A DNA stretch of 64,000 nt. It comes from Mustelus asterias. Its lineage: Eukaryota. The stretch is from contig NW_027590154.1 in assembly GCF_964213995.1 (NCBI RefSeq), forward strand, positions 620,001 to 684,000, given 5' to 3'. The notes below the pieces were generated by a model, which saw nothing but the letters and a program-made list of their open reading frames with translations, ran no database searches and was not told the DNA's origin. This document shows positions 36,243 to 47,910 of this stretch, piece by piece. The number at the start of each line of letters is the position of its first letter. Position 1 is the first letter of the stretch. Made by a program: the position numbers and the translations under genes.

Positions 36243-39195
36243 AGAACAAACGAAGAACAAAGAACAATACAGCACAGGAACAGACCCTTCGGCCCTCCAA
36301 GCCTGCGCTGCTCATGTGCCCACTAGACCATTCTTTTGTATCCCTCTATTCCCACTCTGTTCATGTGGTTATCCAGATAAGTCTTAAACAATCCCAGCGT
36401 GACCACCTCAATCGCCTTGCTTGGCAGTGCATTCCAGGCTCCCACCACCCTCTGTGTAAAATACGTCCCCCTGACATCTGTGTTGAACCTTGCCCCCCCT
36501 CACCTTGAACCCGTGACCCCTTGTGTTCGTCACCTCTGACCTGGGAAAAAACTTCCCACAGTTCACTCTATCTATGCCCTTCATAATTTTATACACCTCT
36601 ATTAGGTTGCCCCTCATCCTCCATCTTTCCAGGGAGAACAACCCCAGTTTACCCAATCTCTCCCGATAGCTAAGACCCTCTATACCAGGCAACATCCTGG
36701 TAAACCTTCTCTGTACTCTCTCCAAAGCCTCCACGTCCTTCTGGTAGTGTGGTGACCAGAACTGGATGCAGTATTCCAAATGTGGCCGAACCATCGTTCT
36801 ATACAGCTGCAACATCATATGCCAACTTTTATATTCTATGCCCTGTCCAACAAAGGCAAGTATGCCATATGCCTTCTTCACCACCCTCTCCCCCTGTGCT
36901 GCCACCTTTAAGGATCTGTGGACTTGTACACCTTTGTGTGTCTATACTCCTGATGGCTCTGTCATTTATTGTACAGCTCCCCCTTACATTAGATCTACCG
37001 AAATGCATCACTTTGCATTTATCTGGATTAAATTCCATCTGCCATTTCTCCGCCCAATGTTCCAGCCTATCTATATCCTGCTGCATTCTCTGACAATGTT
37101 CATCACTATCCGCAACTCCAGCAATCTTTGTGTCGTCCGCAAACTTACTGATCACACCAGCTACATCTTCCTCCAAATCATTTATATATATCACAAACAG
37201 CAGAGGTCCCAGTACAGAGCCCTGTGGAACACCACTAGTCACAGACCTCCAGCCAGAAAAAGACCCCTCCACTGCTACCCTCTGTCTTCTATGGCTAAGC
37301 CAGTTCTCCACCCATCTAGCTAGCTCACCTTTTATCCTGTGAGATTTAACCTTTTGCACCAGCCTGCCATGAGGGACCTTGTCAAACTCTTTACTAAAAT
37401 CCATATAGACGACATCCACGCCCCTTCCCTTGTCAATCGTTTTTGTCACCTCCTCAAAAAACTCAACCAAATTTTTGAGGCATGACCTCCCTCGTACAAA
37501 ACCATTCTGTCTATCGCTAATGAGATTATTCAGTTCTAAATGCGCATATATCTTATCTCTAAGAATCTTCTCCAACAACTTCCCCACCATGGACGTCAAG
37601 CTCACCAGCCTGTAATTATCTGGGTTATCCTTGCTACCCTTCTTAAATAACGGGACCACATTTGCGATCCTCCAATCCTCTGGGACCTCACCTGTGTCCA
37701 GTGAAGAGACAAAGATTTCTGTTAGAGGCCCAGCAATTGCACCACTCGCCTCCCTGAGGAGTCTAGGATAGATGCCATCTGGCCCTGGGGATTTGTCTGT
37801 CTTAATGTTTCCTAAAAAACCTAACACTTCCTCCCTTGTAATTGAGATTTTTTCTAACGGGTCAACACATCTCTCTGAGACAATACCAGTCAACATGTCC
37901 CTCTCCTTTGTGAATACTGATGCAAAGTATTCGTTTAGGATCTCACCTACTTCCTTTGGTTCTAAGCATAATTCCCCTCCTTTTCCCCCGAGAGGTCTGA
38001 TTCTTTCCCTAACAACCCTCTTGTTCCTAACCTATGTATAAAATGCCTTATGATTCTCCTTAATCCTGTCTGCCAAAGACATTTCGTGACCCCTTTTAAC
38101 TCCCTGTTCAGTTCTTTTCTACTTTCTCTGTATTCCTCCAGTGCGCCATCTGTTTTTAGCTGCCTGGACCTCATGTATGCCTCTTTTTTCTTTTTGATTA
38201 GACCCACAATTTCACTGGTTATCCACGGCTCCCGAATCCTACCTTTCCTATCCTTCCTCTTTACAGGCACATGCCTGTCCTGCAGTCCTATCAACTGCTC
38301 CTTACATGCCAGATGTGGATTTACCCTCGAACAGCCTCTCCCAATCAACAGCCACCAAATCCTGCCTAATCCGGTTGTAGTTCGCCTTCCCCCAATTCAG
38401 CACCTTACCCATAGGACAACACTCAAGTTTTTCCATTACTATCCTAAAGTTTACAGAATTGTGGTCACTATTTGCCACATGTTCCCCTACTGCAACTTTG
38501 ATGACCTGACCGGGCTCATTCCCCAGTACTAGGCCCAGTATTGCCCCCTCTCTCATTGGACTGTCAACATATTGTTCCAAAGAACCTTCCTGTACGCATT
38601 TTATAAGTTCTTCCTCGTCCAGGCCCCCAGCCCTAAGCGATTTCCAGTCTATGTGAGGGAAATTAAAGTCTCCCACTACAACAACCCTATTTTTTCAGCA
38701 CCTGTCCAGAATCTCCTTACATATCCGTTCCTCAACTTCCCGTGGGCTGTTGGGAGGCCTGTAGTATACCCCCAGCATAGTGACTGCGCCCTTCCTGTTT
38801 CTGAGCTCCACCCACAGTGACTCGTTACCTGACCCCTCCATATTGTCCACCCTCTGTACTGCTGTAATATGCTCCCTCACCAGCATTGCTACTCCCTCAC
38901 CTCTCTTAGCCCCTCCTCTGTCTCGCCTAAAACACTTATGCCCCGGAATATTCAGCTGCCAGTCCTGTCCTTCTTTTAACCAAGTCTTCGTCACTGCAAC
39001 CACATCCAAGTTCCGCGCAAGCATTAAGGCTCTAAACTCGTCTGTCTTGCCCGTGACGCTCCTTGCATTGAAGCAGATGCACTCCAGACCTCCAGGCCCA
39101 CTGAGGTCATCCTCCTCCAGAATGGTCTTCCTCTTAGATAGCCTTGTCTTGGCCCCAACCTCATCCCCAGCCTCTATGCTTATTGACCTATTGTT
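36243..39195 (-). mobile_element. CR1 covering nearly all of ORF2 (APE endonuclease and RT), frameshifted
   Basis: ORF pieces CICFNARS, GDFNFP, SDHN, PQGSVLGP, FADD. Confidence 0.93.
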
Positions 39196-39247
39196 CTTCC
39201 AACCTATTAGGTCGGTAATGATCACCTACCTAATCAGGGAGTACCAT

Positions 39248-39284
39248 CTGTGTGTGTGTGTGCATATATATATATATATATATA
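39248..39284. repeat. (TG)n(TA)n microsatellite
   Basis: Read directly from the sequence. Confidence 0.9.
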
Positions 39285-40159
39285 ATATGGCAATGCACTG
39301 ACACTCCTGATTCTGACTTTGTAACTGAAGCGATCTTAGGAGTGGAACTGAGTTTGTAAATAAAGGGAATCTGTTGAAGGGACACTGGTCTCTGAGGCGT
39401 TATTTCATGTACCATGTTTTGTTTAAACTCGTCCATGAGTTTTTGAGGTATATTGTTACAGACAGGGATGAAAACATGCTTTGTGACAATAAAGCTAAAA
39501 ATAGTACATTTATTCATTAAGAGCTCCATCTCACGAGGAGATTTTAGGCAAATCCTAATCCAACAACCTGCTCTGAAAACTCAGCTCACATTTGACAGCT
39601 GTGACAAATTCCACCCCAGCAGCCGAGATACTCCACAAAATCCTGAAACAATAAACAGTCAAAATAAAACAAACCATAGCAATCTAATAGAGAAAGTGAA
39701 TTTGCCTGATCCCCCGTTGTGAATGGCTCCTTGATATAATTCCTAGATACCGATCTTAACCAAAAATGAATCATTTCTTCCAACGGCCATACTCGGTCAG
39801 TGTACCAAGGTTTGGTGAAATCTATCCATTAGTTTGTGAGATAAATTATTTACAGCAGAATTATAGAGGGAAACATTATCTCGATCTTCAGGGGCAGAGG
39901 TACTTTCAGCACATTGACCAGTCCCGATGTTCATTCTCAGCCAGCATTACAGAGGGAATAGGGGTGGGATTCACAGCTCAGCAAGTCAAAGTATCCTCTT
40001 TAAATGGTCAGGTCCCACAATGTATTCAGTGGCCTCTGAAGGGAAGCAGCCTGGGTTCACACTGGAAGTTCCTGTCCTCCCGCACTCAGACGGCTTGTGC
40101 TGACTCCTGGTCCTCTGGACGATCTGTCCACAAGGATAGGAGCCTGTTAATTCATAAGG

Positions 40160-40910
40160 AAGCTTGCATTTATATAGCGCCTTCCGCCTTTTGGGGTACC
40201 TCAATGCATTTCACAGTCAACGCTTTCTGAAGATCGGCATGTGGCAGCCAATTTGCGCACAGCAAGCTCCCACAGAAGGCAATGTGATGATGACCAGATC
40301 ACCTGGTCTTACTTGTGGGATACTTGTGGCGGCACGGTAGCACAGTGGTTAGCACTGCTGCTTCACAGCTCCAGGGTCCCGGGTTCGATTCCCGCTTGGG
40401 TCACTGTCTGTGTGGAGTTTGCACATTCTCCTCGTGTTTGCGTGGGTTTCCTCCGGGTGCTCCGGTTTCCTCCCACAGTCCAAAGATGTGCGGGTTAGGT
40501 TGATTGGCCAGGTTATAATTGCCCTGAGATGCGTAGGCTAGAGGGATTAGCGGGTAAATATGTGGGGGTAGGGCCTGGGTGGGATTGTGGTCGGTGCAGA
40601 CTCGATGGGCCGAATGGCCTCCTTCTGCACTGTAGGGTTTCTATGATTTCTATGATTAATTGTGGGATAAATATCAGGCCCCAGGACATCACGGAGTTAC
40701 ATCTGTCCTCTTCCAGCTGTTGCTGTTTGATCATTTATGTCCGTCTGAGAGGGAGACAGGGCTCTCGGGTGAGTGTCTCACTCGAAACATGGTCGCTCTG
40801 CCAGTCCGGCTCTCCCTCGGTACTGGTACCGGGAATGCCAGCTCTGGTTTGGGAATTCAAACCCCTTCCCCCCAGCTCCTGACTCAGAGGCAAGAGAGAT
40901 ACCAACTGTC
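40160..40910 (-). mobile_element. SacSINE1/DeuSINE-like element interrupted by a young HE1-type SINE (40328-40655, +)
   Basis: L2-type tail ggcgctatataaatgcaag, tgtgggagcttgctgtgcgcaaattggctgcc block and tRNA-like head, all on the minus strand. Confidence 0.6.
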
Positions 40911-41453
40911 ATGTCGTGCTGTACAGAATCAGCTAGCTGGTAATCCAGAATTGTGGAATGGCAAGACAGAAGGAGGCCATTCAGCCCATTTTGTCTGTGC
41001 TAGCTCTCTGCAATAAAAATTCACACAGTGCCCATTTCCCCCACATCTGTCAATTTTTCCTCTTCAAAAAAATGATCCAATTCTCTATTGAAAACTATGA
41101 CTGAATCTGCCTCCAAATTCTTTCATGCGTGACACATTCCAGCACATCTCCTTTGCACACACTTGAAAAATTCACATCTTTCCCCCAGTGCTGGGCCCAT
41201 ATAAACAGCTCCTATTGGAGTAGGTTAGGATTGGAAAGCAGGGGAGCTTATATTCAACTTGTTTTGAACCAGGATTAGACTGCACTGGGAGCACTGCCAA
41301 CATCGGTGAAAGAACACCAGCCCACTGGAAGCCAAACTGAGAGACCGGCCAGTCCAGCAGAAAGAAATACTCCAACTCTCTCACTTTACCGACTGTCAAG
41401 ATGAACATGGTTCAGTCCTGGATCTGATTAACAACAGAATCTAATCATTGCTT

Positions 41454-42464
41454 TCACTTGTGAACTTGCTGGTGTGTCACCAGACAGGATGACTGAGTGA
41501 ATCCCTTCCCACACACAGAGCAGGCTAACAAACTCTCCCCGATGTGAACTTGCCGATGCCTCTGTAGGCTGCATAACTGACCAAATCCTTTCCCACACAC
41601 AGAGCAGGTGAATGGCCTCTCCCCAGTGTGAATGCGCTGGTGTCTCAGAAGGGTGGAAGAATCTCTGAATCCCTTCCCACACTCAGAGCAGATGGATGGC
41701 CTCTCCCCAGTGTGGACTTGCTGGTGCATCACTAGGTTGCATGACTGAATGAATCCTTTCCCACATTTAGAGCAGGTGAATGGCCTTTTCCCATTGTGAA
41801 CTCGCTGGTGTGTCTGCAAGTGAGATAACTGAATGAATCCCTTCCCACATTCAGAGCAGATGAATGGTCTCTCTCCAGTGTGAATCCGCTGGTGTGTCAG
41901 CAGGTTGGATGACTGAGGGAATCTCTTCCCACACTCGGAGCAGATGAATGGTCTCTCTCCAGTGTGAATCCGCTGGTGCATCAGCAGGTTGGATGACTGA
42001 GGGAATCTCTTCCCACACTCGGAGCAGATGAATGGCCTCTCTCCAGTGTGAACTCGCTTGTGTGTCAGGAGGGCAGATGAATCACTGAATCCCTTCCCAC
42101 ATTCTGAGCAGGTAAATGGCCTCTCCCCAGTGTGAGCCCGTTGGTGCATCAGAAGGTTGGATGACTGAGTGAATCCTTTCCCACATTCAGAGCAGGTGAA
42201 TGGCCTCTCCCCAGTGTGAACACGCTTGTGTGTGAGCAGGTGAGATGAATTACTGAATCCCTTCCCACACTGTGAGCAGGTGAACGGTTTCTCTCCAGTG
42301 TGAATTTGTTGGTGTTTCAGCAGGGTGGATGACTGAGTGAATCCCTTCCCACGCTGAGAGCAGGTGAATGGCCTCTCACCTGTGTGAACACGATGATGAG
42401 TTTCCAGTGCAGATGGGGTGCAGAATCCCTTCCCACAGTCCCCACATTCCCACGGTTTCTCCAT
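41454..42464 (-). CDS. Tandem C2H2 zinc-finger protein, 336 aa, 12 fingers (finger 2 has Cys replaced by Arg)
   Basis: Open ORF; accATGg context; acceptor cttttcacag at about 42822; ends HK*. Confidence 0.88.
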   Translation of the reverse strand: MEKPWECGDCGKGFCTPSALETHHRVHTGERPFTCSQRGKGFTQSSTLLKHQQIHTGEKPFTCSQCGKGFSNSSHLLTHKRVHTGERPFTCSECGKGFTQSSNLLMHQRAHTGERPFTCSECGKGFSDSSALLTHKRVHTGERPFICSECGKRFPQSSNLLMHQRIHTGERPFICSECGKRFPQSSNLLTHQRIHTGERPFICSECGKGFIQLSHLQTHQRVHNGKRPFTCSKCGKGFIQSCNLVMHQQVHTGERPSICSECGKGFRDSSTLLRHQRIHTGERPFTCSVCGKGFGQLCSLQRHRQVHIGESLLACSVCGKGFTQSSCLVTHQQVHK

Positions 42465-43597
42465 GGTGCCGGTATCCTTATGTCCCTCCAGGTTGGATGA
42501 TCAATTGAAGCCTCATCCACACATGGAACTTGAGTACGGTTTCTCCCCGCTGTGAATGGTGTGATGTTTTTTCCGGCTGTGTGAAGCTCTTTCCACAGTC
42601 AGTTCACTGGAACACTCTCACTCGGGTGTGTGTGTGTGTGTCTCGGTGCTTTTCCAGCTACACTGATGTTGAAATCATTTCTCGCAGATAGAGCAGGCAA
42701 ACATTTCTCCTTCCACAATCGAAGGACGATGATATTCAGATCCTGATTAATTGAGTGACTGTCAGATCTTGATGTGATATTTGGTTTGAGTTTTTCAAAT
42801 GCAAATCCTCTTCGAGTGTCCTGTGAAAAGAGTTTACAAAAGTTATCACCGTCAGGACAGGATAGAAATTCAGAACAGACAATTGTAGTTTCAATGGAAT
42901 AGTCTTGCCTCTTCCCCAAAAGCTGTAAGTGTCCACACCACACACCCTCCCTCCATTCTCACTCTGCTGTACCTAATATACTCCCTCCTAATTCTCCTGA
43001 TTGACAGATGCATGTTTACTGCTTCTTGTCCAGGGCACAACGGCCTGAAAACCACCACATAGGCTGCTGGCTTTGTGTATGTATATATTTAATATACACA
43101 ACATCACCTGATTAAGGATACAGAACTAACGCAAGGACAAGCTTTATTTCTGAGTGAATGTGCATGACCAGGAACCTGCTACTTATGAGAATGGTGGAAT
43201 TGGACATAATCGATGATTCCAAAATGAAATTGGATAGGCACTTGAAGAAATAACCTTGCAGGGGAGCAGAGATATAGAAGGGGAATGGGACTGACTGGAT
43301 TGCTCCAACGATTGTCAGCATGGACTCAAGTTGCTGAATTGACTTTTTCTGTGCTGTAACTACAACTGGAAACATATAACGTAACTCGAGTATTATATTA
43401 CAAGACTAAATAATAAATGAAGTTTATTGCAGATCGATAAATAATGTATCTAAAACATACCATATTACTCTCTGTCCTATATTAATTTACGTCCTTAAAT
43501 CTTAGCATCTTCTGGGGAAACCACCCTTTCCGTGAGACAAATGAATGTATCAAGCTGAGGGAGCAAAGGATGTCAATCTCTTTAAGAGAGAGAGAGA

Positions 43598-43876
43598 GCC
43601 GCACGGTGACTCAGTGGTTAGCACTACTGCCTCACAGCGCCAGGGACCTGGGTTCGATTCCCGGCTTGGGTCACTGTCTGTGTGGAGTTTACACGTTTTC
43701 CCCGTGTCAGCGTGGGTTTCCTCCGGGTGCTCCGGTTTCCTCCCACAGTCTAAAAGACATGCTGGGTAGATGCATTGACAAGAACAGGCTTTGGAGTGTG
43801 GCGACTAGAGGAATTTCACAGTAACTTCATTGCAGTGTTAATGTAAGCCTTACTTGTGACAAATAAATAAACTTTA
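43598..43876 (+). mobile_element. SINE with HE1-type head and an alternative (non-CR1) tail
   Basis: Tail gtgtggcgactag...ttacttgtgacaaataaataaacttt; the same tail occurs at 22495-22590 and 34850-34940. Confidence 0.8.
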
Positions 43877-44009
43877 AAAGAGAGAGAGAGACCTGGGCTA
43901 ACCTTTCCAGAGTCTGCAGCCTCCCTGGATTCACTTCCTTTCCCTTCAGTTGCTGCAAGTCCCCAATTTCCCCCAGAATGAGAAAAGAAATATAAAAGGA
44001 TAGAAAATA

Positions 44010-44700
44010 AAGTGTTTTACTCACAGATGTTTGACAGGGGAGGAGGTTGTACTATGTGTGAAGCTCAATCTTCATTCATGGGAGAGGAGCAGCAGCTTTG
44101 CTGGGCCGTGATGAGCAGCTGAACAAGCTCCTCATTCACACAATGGGGGGGATGATCCGTGCAGCCATTGGCACAAAGCGCGCGCCCTGATTGGCTGGAG
44201 GATTTAAGGTCCTCCAGGCGTTCCCATTGGTCAATCTCTGCCATGACGACAATACGGGGGTAGGAGCCCACGTGGGGGTAGGAGACACTTTGACCTCCGA
44301 ACGTGGGAGCTGTTGTCCAATCCGCAGTGTTGTGTTTGTGCTCCAATGGGTGACTGAGTGCTGGGAACGCCCCTCTGAAAGCTTTGTGACGTCCACAAAG
44401 GAGTCCTCCCTGAATCAGCCAATAGGAATCAGTCTGCTCCAAGGTGACATCCTGGGGTTCCAGTGCGCAGGCCCGGGCGAGCGGACACGGAAGCCCCGCC
44501 TCCCCCCTTTCCTCCCCCTCCACATGCCCATCCTGGAGCCAAGGTTTCCAGGCTGACGGCTCCGGCCAATCGGGAGCCCTGGCAGACCGGAAGGACTCTT
44601 GTCCTCCAGCCAATCAGAGGGTGGACCTTGTAACAATGGGGGTTGAGCTTCACACAGACTGAACCTTCTTCCTGTGTCTCACATCTGTGAGTAAAACAGT
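44010..44700. promoter_or_regulatory. Bidirectional CCAAT-rich CpG promoter between the ZNF at 42464 (-) and the ZNF at 45825 (+)
   Basis: About 8 CCAAT/ATTGG boxes, a GC box, gtgacgtc; outward-facing donors ctGTGAGTaa at about 44020 (-) and 44688 (+). Confidence 0.75.
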
Positions 44701-45104
44701 TTGTTTGTGTTGAACAGAAAGAGAAGAGGAACAGGCAGGGTCTGAGAGGTTTTCAGGATGGAAGGAGAAGAATTCAGTAACTGAATAGTGAAGCTGTGAG
44801 TGGGAGATGGAGAGGAAGGAAATCTGAGCAGCTGGAAAAAAAACAGAACAAAAAGGCTGATTGGGAGAATCTAATTGTGAGAGATCCAGAGAATGTGACT
44901 CCTGGGGCTGCCTGTGGAAAAACACTTTGGGATCAACATATATTATTTATTTCGGATATAGGCAAACAGGTTGCCTGAAGATTTTCGGGCCTGTTCACTG
45001 GACCGCAAGCAGTGAGCATGGATCTTTTGATCAGTCTGAATCATCACCTTCAGGAGAATTGGGAGGATGTATGTTAGGTACAACAGAATGAGAATAGTAG
45101 CAGA

Positions 45105-45390
45105 ATGTTTAGAATCCCCGAGTCTGCATCGACCACAATCTCACCCAGGCCTTATCCCGTAACCCCATACATTCACCCCACTAATCCCCCGACACCAGGG
45201 TCAATTTAGAATGGCCAATTAACCTAATCCGCACATCGTTGGACTGTGGGAGGAAAGTGGAGCACCCAGAGGAAAACCCATGCAGATACAGAGAGAAAGG
45301 GCAAACTCTACACAGACAGTGACCTGAGGCCGGAATTGAACCCTGGACCCTGGCCCTGTGAGGCAGCAGTGCTAACCACTGTGCCACCAT
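45105..45390 (-). mobile_element. HE1/V-SINE-type SINE
   Basis: Head and body match the other copies. Confidence 0.85.
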
Positions 45391-45824
45391 GTGGGCCAGA
45401 TTTACAACTTTTCAGGAATTAAAGAAGAAAAAATAGTTTTGTTGATTTGAGAATTATCTGTTCTGAATTTCTTTTCTACAACACTGCGGATGGTATTGAC
45501 TTTTGCAAACTTTTTCACAGGATATTACAAGGGGCGGATTTGCAGACAGAAATATCAAAACAAAACATCACATTCAGATCTGAGAGTCATTCAAATAACC
45601 ATAATGTGAATATCATTGGCATTAGAATCTAGAAGAAGAATTGCTTGTTTTTTTTCTGTCCGTGGGCAATGATTGAACATCAGTGTGACTGGAAAAGCAC
45701 CAAGAAGTACAAACGTGAGTGAGAGTGTTCAGGTTACACAGCCTGAAAAGCATTGCCCCATTTACATTGAGAGGGAGTGTACATCTGTTCTCAGTGAGGA
45801 CGAGGCTTCATCTGATTGTCAAAC

Positions 45825-47009
45825 CTGGAGGGACAGGCGGCCTCCCGCATCAGGGAGAAACAGTGGAAATGTGGGGACTGTGGGAAAAGATTCAAAGCAC
45901 CATGTGAGCTGGAGATTCATCGACGCAGTCACACTGGGGAGAAGCCATTCACCTGCCCTGATTGTGGGAAGGGATTCTCTCAGTTATCCAACCTGCTGAC
46001 ACATCAGAAAATTCACACTGGGGAGAGGCCATTCACCTGCTCTGAATGTGGGAAGGGTTTCACTGATTCATCCCGTCTTCTGATACATGGACGCATTCAC
46101 ACGGGGGAGAGGCCTTTCACCTGCATTGAGTGTGGGAAAGGGTTCGGAGATTCATCCAGCCTCCGGAGACACAAGCGAGTTCACACTGGGGAGAGGTCAT
46201 TCCCTTGCTCAGTGTGTGGGAAGGGATTCACTCTTTCATCCAACCTGCGGAGACACCAGCGAATACACGCCAGGGAGAAGCTGTTCAGCTGCTCAGAGTG
46301 TGGGAAGGGATTCAGTGATTCCTCTGCTCTGCAGAAGCACCAGAGAGTTCACACCGGGCAGAGGCCGTACACCTGCTCTGACTGTGGGAAGGGATTCACT
46401 CGGTCATCTCACCTGCTGATACATCAGCGAGTCCACACCGGGGAGAGGCCGTTCACCTGCACTGTGTGTGGGAAGGGATTCAGTGCATCATCTACCCTGC
46501 AGAACCACCAGGCAGTTCACACTGGGGAAAGGTCATTCACCTGCTCCGTGTGTGGGAAGGGATTCACTCAGTTATCAACCTTGCTGCGACACCAGGCAGT
46601 TCACACTGGAGAGAGGCCATTCCCCTGCTCTGTGTGTGGGAAGGGATTTACTAGGTCCACTAGTCTGCTGACACACCAGCGAATTCACTCTGGAGAGAGA
46701 CCATTCAGTTGCACTGAGTGTGGGAAGGGATTCACTGATTCCTCCAGCCTCTGGAAACACCGGCGAGTTCACACCGGGGAGAGGCCATTCATCTGCTGTG
46801 TGTGTGGGAAGGGATTCTCTGAGTCGTCCAGTCTGCGCGCACACCGTCGAGTTCACACCGGGGAGAAGCCTTTCACCTGCTCTGAATGTGGGAAGGGATT
46901 TGCTGATCCTTCCAGCCTGCGGAAACACAAGCAAGTTCACACGGAGGAGAGAGGCTGTTCACCTGCTCTGAGTGTAGGAAAGGATTCACTGAGTCATCCA
47001 ACCTGCTGA
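45825..47009 (+). CDS. C2H2 ZNF with 13 intact fingers and no in-frame ATG; frameshift before finger 14
   Basis: All Cys/His ligands present; ancestral ATG is AGG at 45852; in-frame TGA at 45813; acceptor tttttcacag at 45520. Confidence 0.55.
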   Translation: MEGQAASRIREKQWKCGDCGKRFKAPCELEIHRRSHTGEKPFTCPDCGKGFSQLSNLLTHQKIHTGERPFTCSECGKGFTDSSRLLIHGRIHTGERPFTCIECGKGFGDSSSLRRHKRVHTGERSFPCSVCGKGFTLSSNLRRHQRIHAREKLFSCSECGKGFSDSSALQKHQRVHTGQRPYTCSDCGKGFTRSSHLLIHQRVHTGERPFTCTVCGKGFSASSTLQNHQAVHTGERSFTCSVCGKGFTQLSTLLRHQAVHTGERPFPCSVCGKGFTRSTSLLTHQRIHSGERPFSCTECGKGFTDSSSLWKHRRVHTGERPFICCVCGKGFSESSSLRAHRRVHTGEKPFTCSECGKGFADPSSLRKHKQVHTEERGCSPALSVGKDSLSHPTC

Positions 47010-47061
47010 GACATTATGGCAGTCACACCGATAAGAGACCTTTTAAATACTCTGCCTGTGG

Positions 47062-47910
47062 GTGTTAATTGTATAATTTGGGGTTAAATATATACAAGCA
47101 GTGGACATTGATTAGATGTTTACATGAGCACATATAGACACTTACTGACAGAGCATGGAATGGTATTAGGAGTTATATACCTGTAATGTTTCACTCTGTG
47201 AATAAATCTATACCAAGTAAAGATTGGAACCCCTTTCCTCCTTCACCAGAAGGCGGTCAGGATTATAACGTGGTAACAGAGAATGCTTAAAAATACTTGA
47301 CGTTTCCAATCTGAATGTTTGAGAAGGAATAATGATATATTTGATAAAAATCAGAAGGGAAAGATGCAAATTATATTAAAACTACACAGACAATTTGTTC
47401 ACACTACTTGCCAAAGATTAAAAGTCCTGCTTTAAGATGCAGGAGCAGTTGATGAAGAGAATACGAGACTCATACAAGACACGAGTGCAAAGTGTACAAT
47501 GTATATGAATTATTGGAGGATGCCATCACATCCCAACAGTGAACCTTCCCTTGGCACTTGGGGCTGGAGCTGTGGCACCAGCTCAGTTTCTGAATGATGA
47601 GTTTTGAGACGTGTGTGAAAACATGAACATTCTGGTCATGAACACGGCAGCTGAAAGTCCTTTCAGTGATGGACTCTGTGAAAGGAATCACACGGTGATC
47701 GATGAAATGCTGCAGGAAATCTCAGCTGATCAGCCAAACTGCAAGTTGGTAACTGCACTGGCCTGGACAATTCGTGTAAAGAATTCACTTCAGATGGTTG
47801 GAGAGTATAATCCCTGTTAATTGGTCTGTGGGAAAAATTTCAAATGACCCTCTGTGCTGGGGATAGCCTTCCTGATTTAGAAGGGACGACAGTGAGTACA
47901 ATTTTCATTC
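47062..47910 (+). mobile_element. Copia-like (GalEa-type) LTR retrotransposon remnant: LTR, PBS and integrase pieces
   Basis: TG start; aataaa at about 47201; tggtaacagagaatg at 47271 resembles the tRNAiMet PBS TGGTAGCAGAGGATG; peptides KLHRQFVH and TAAESPFSDGLCERNH...ALAW...KNSL. Confidence 0.65.

Noticed and set aside
40328-40400. tRNA genes (A and B boxes here and at similar sites)
   Set aside because: They continue into SINE body and tail, so they are SINE heads
46087-46971. Alternative-frame and antisense ORFs over ZNF arrays (GRDS..., WEGI...)
   Set aside because: Known by-product of repetitive finger codon usage
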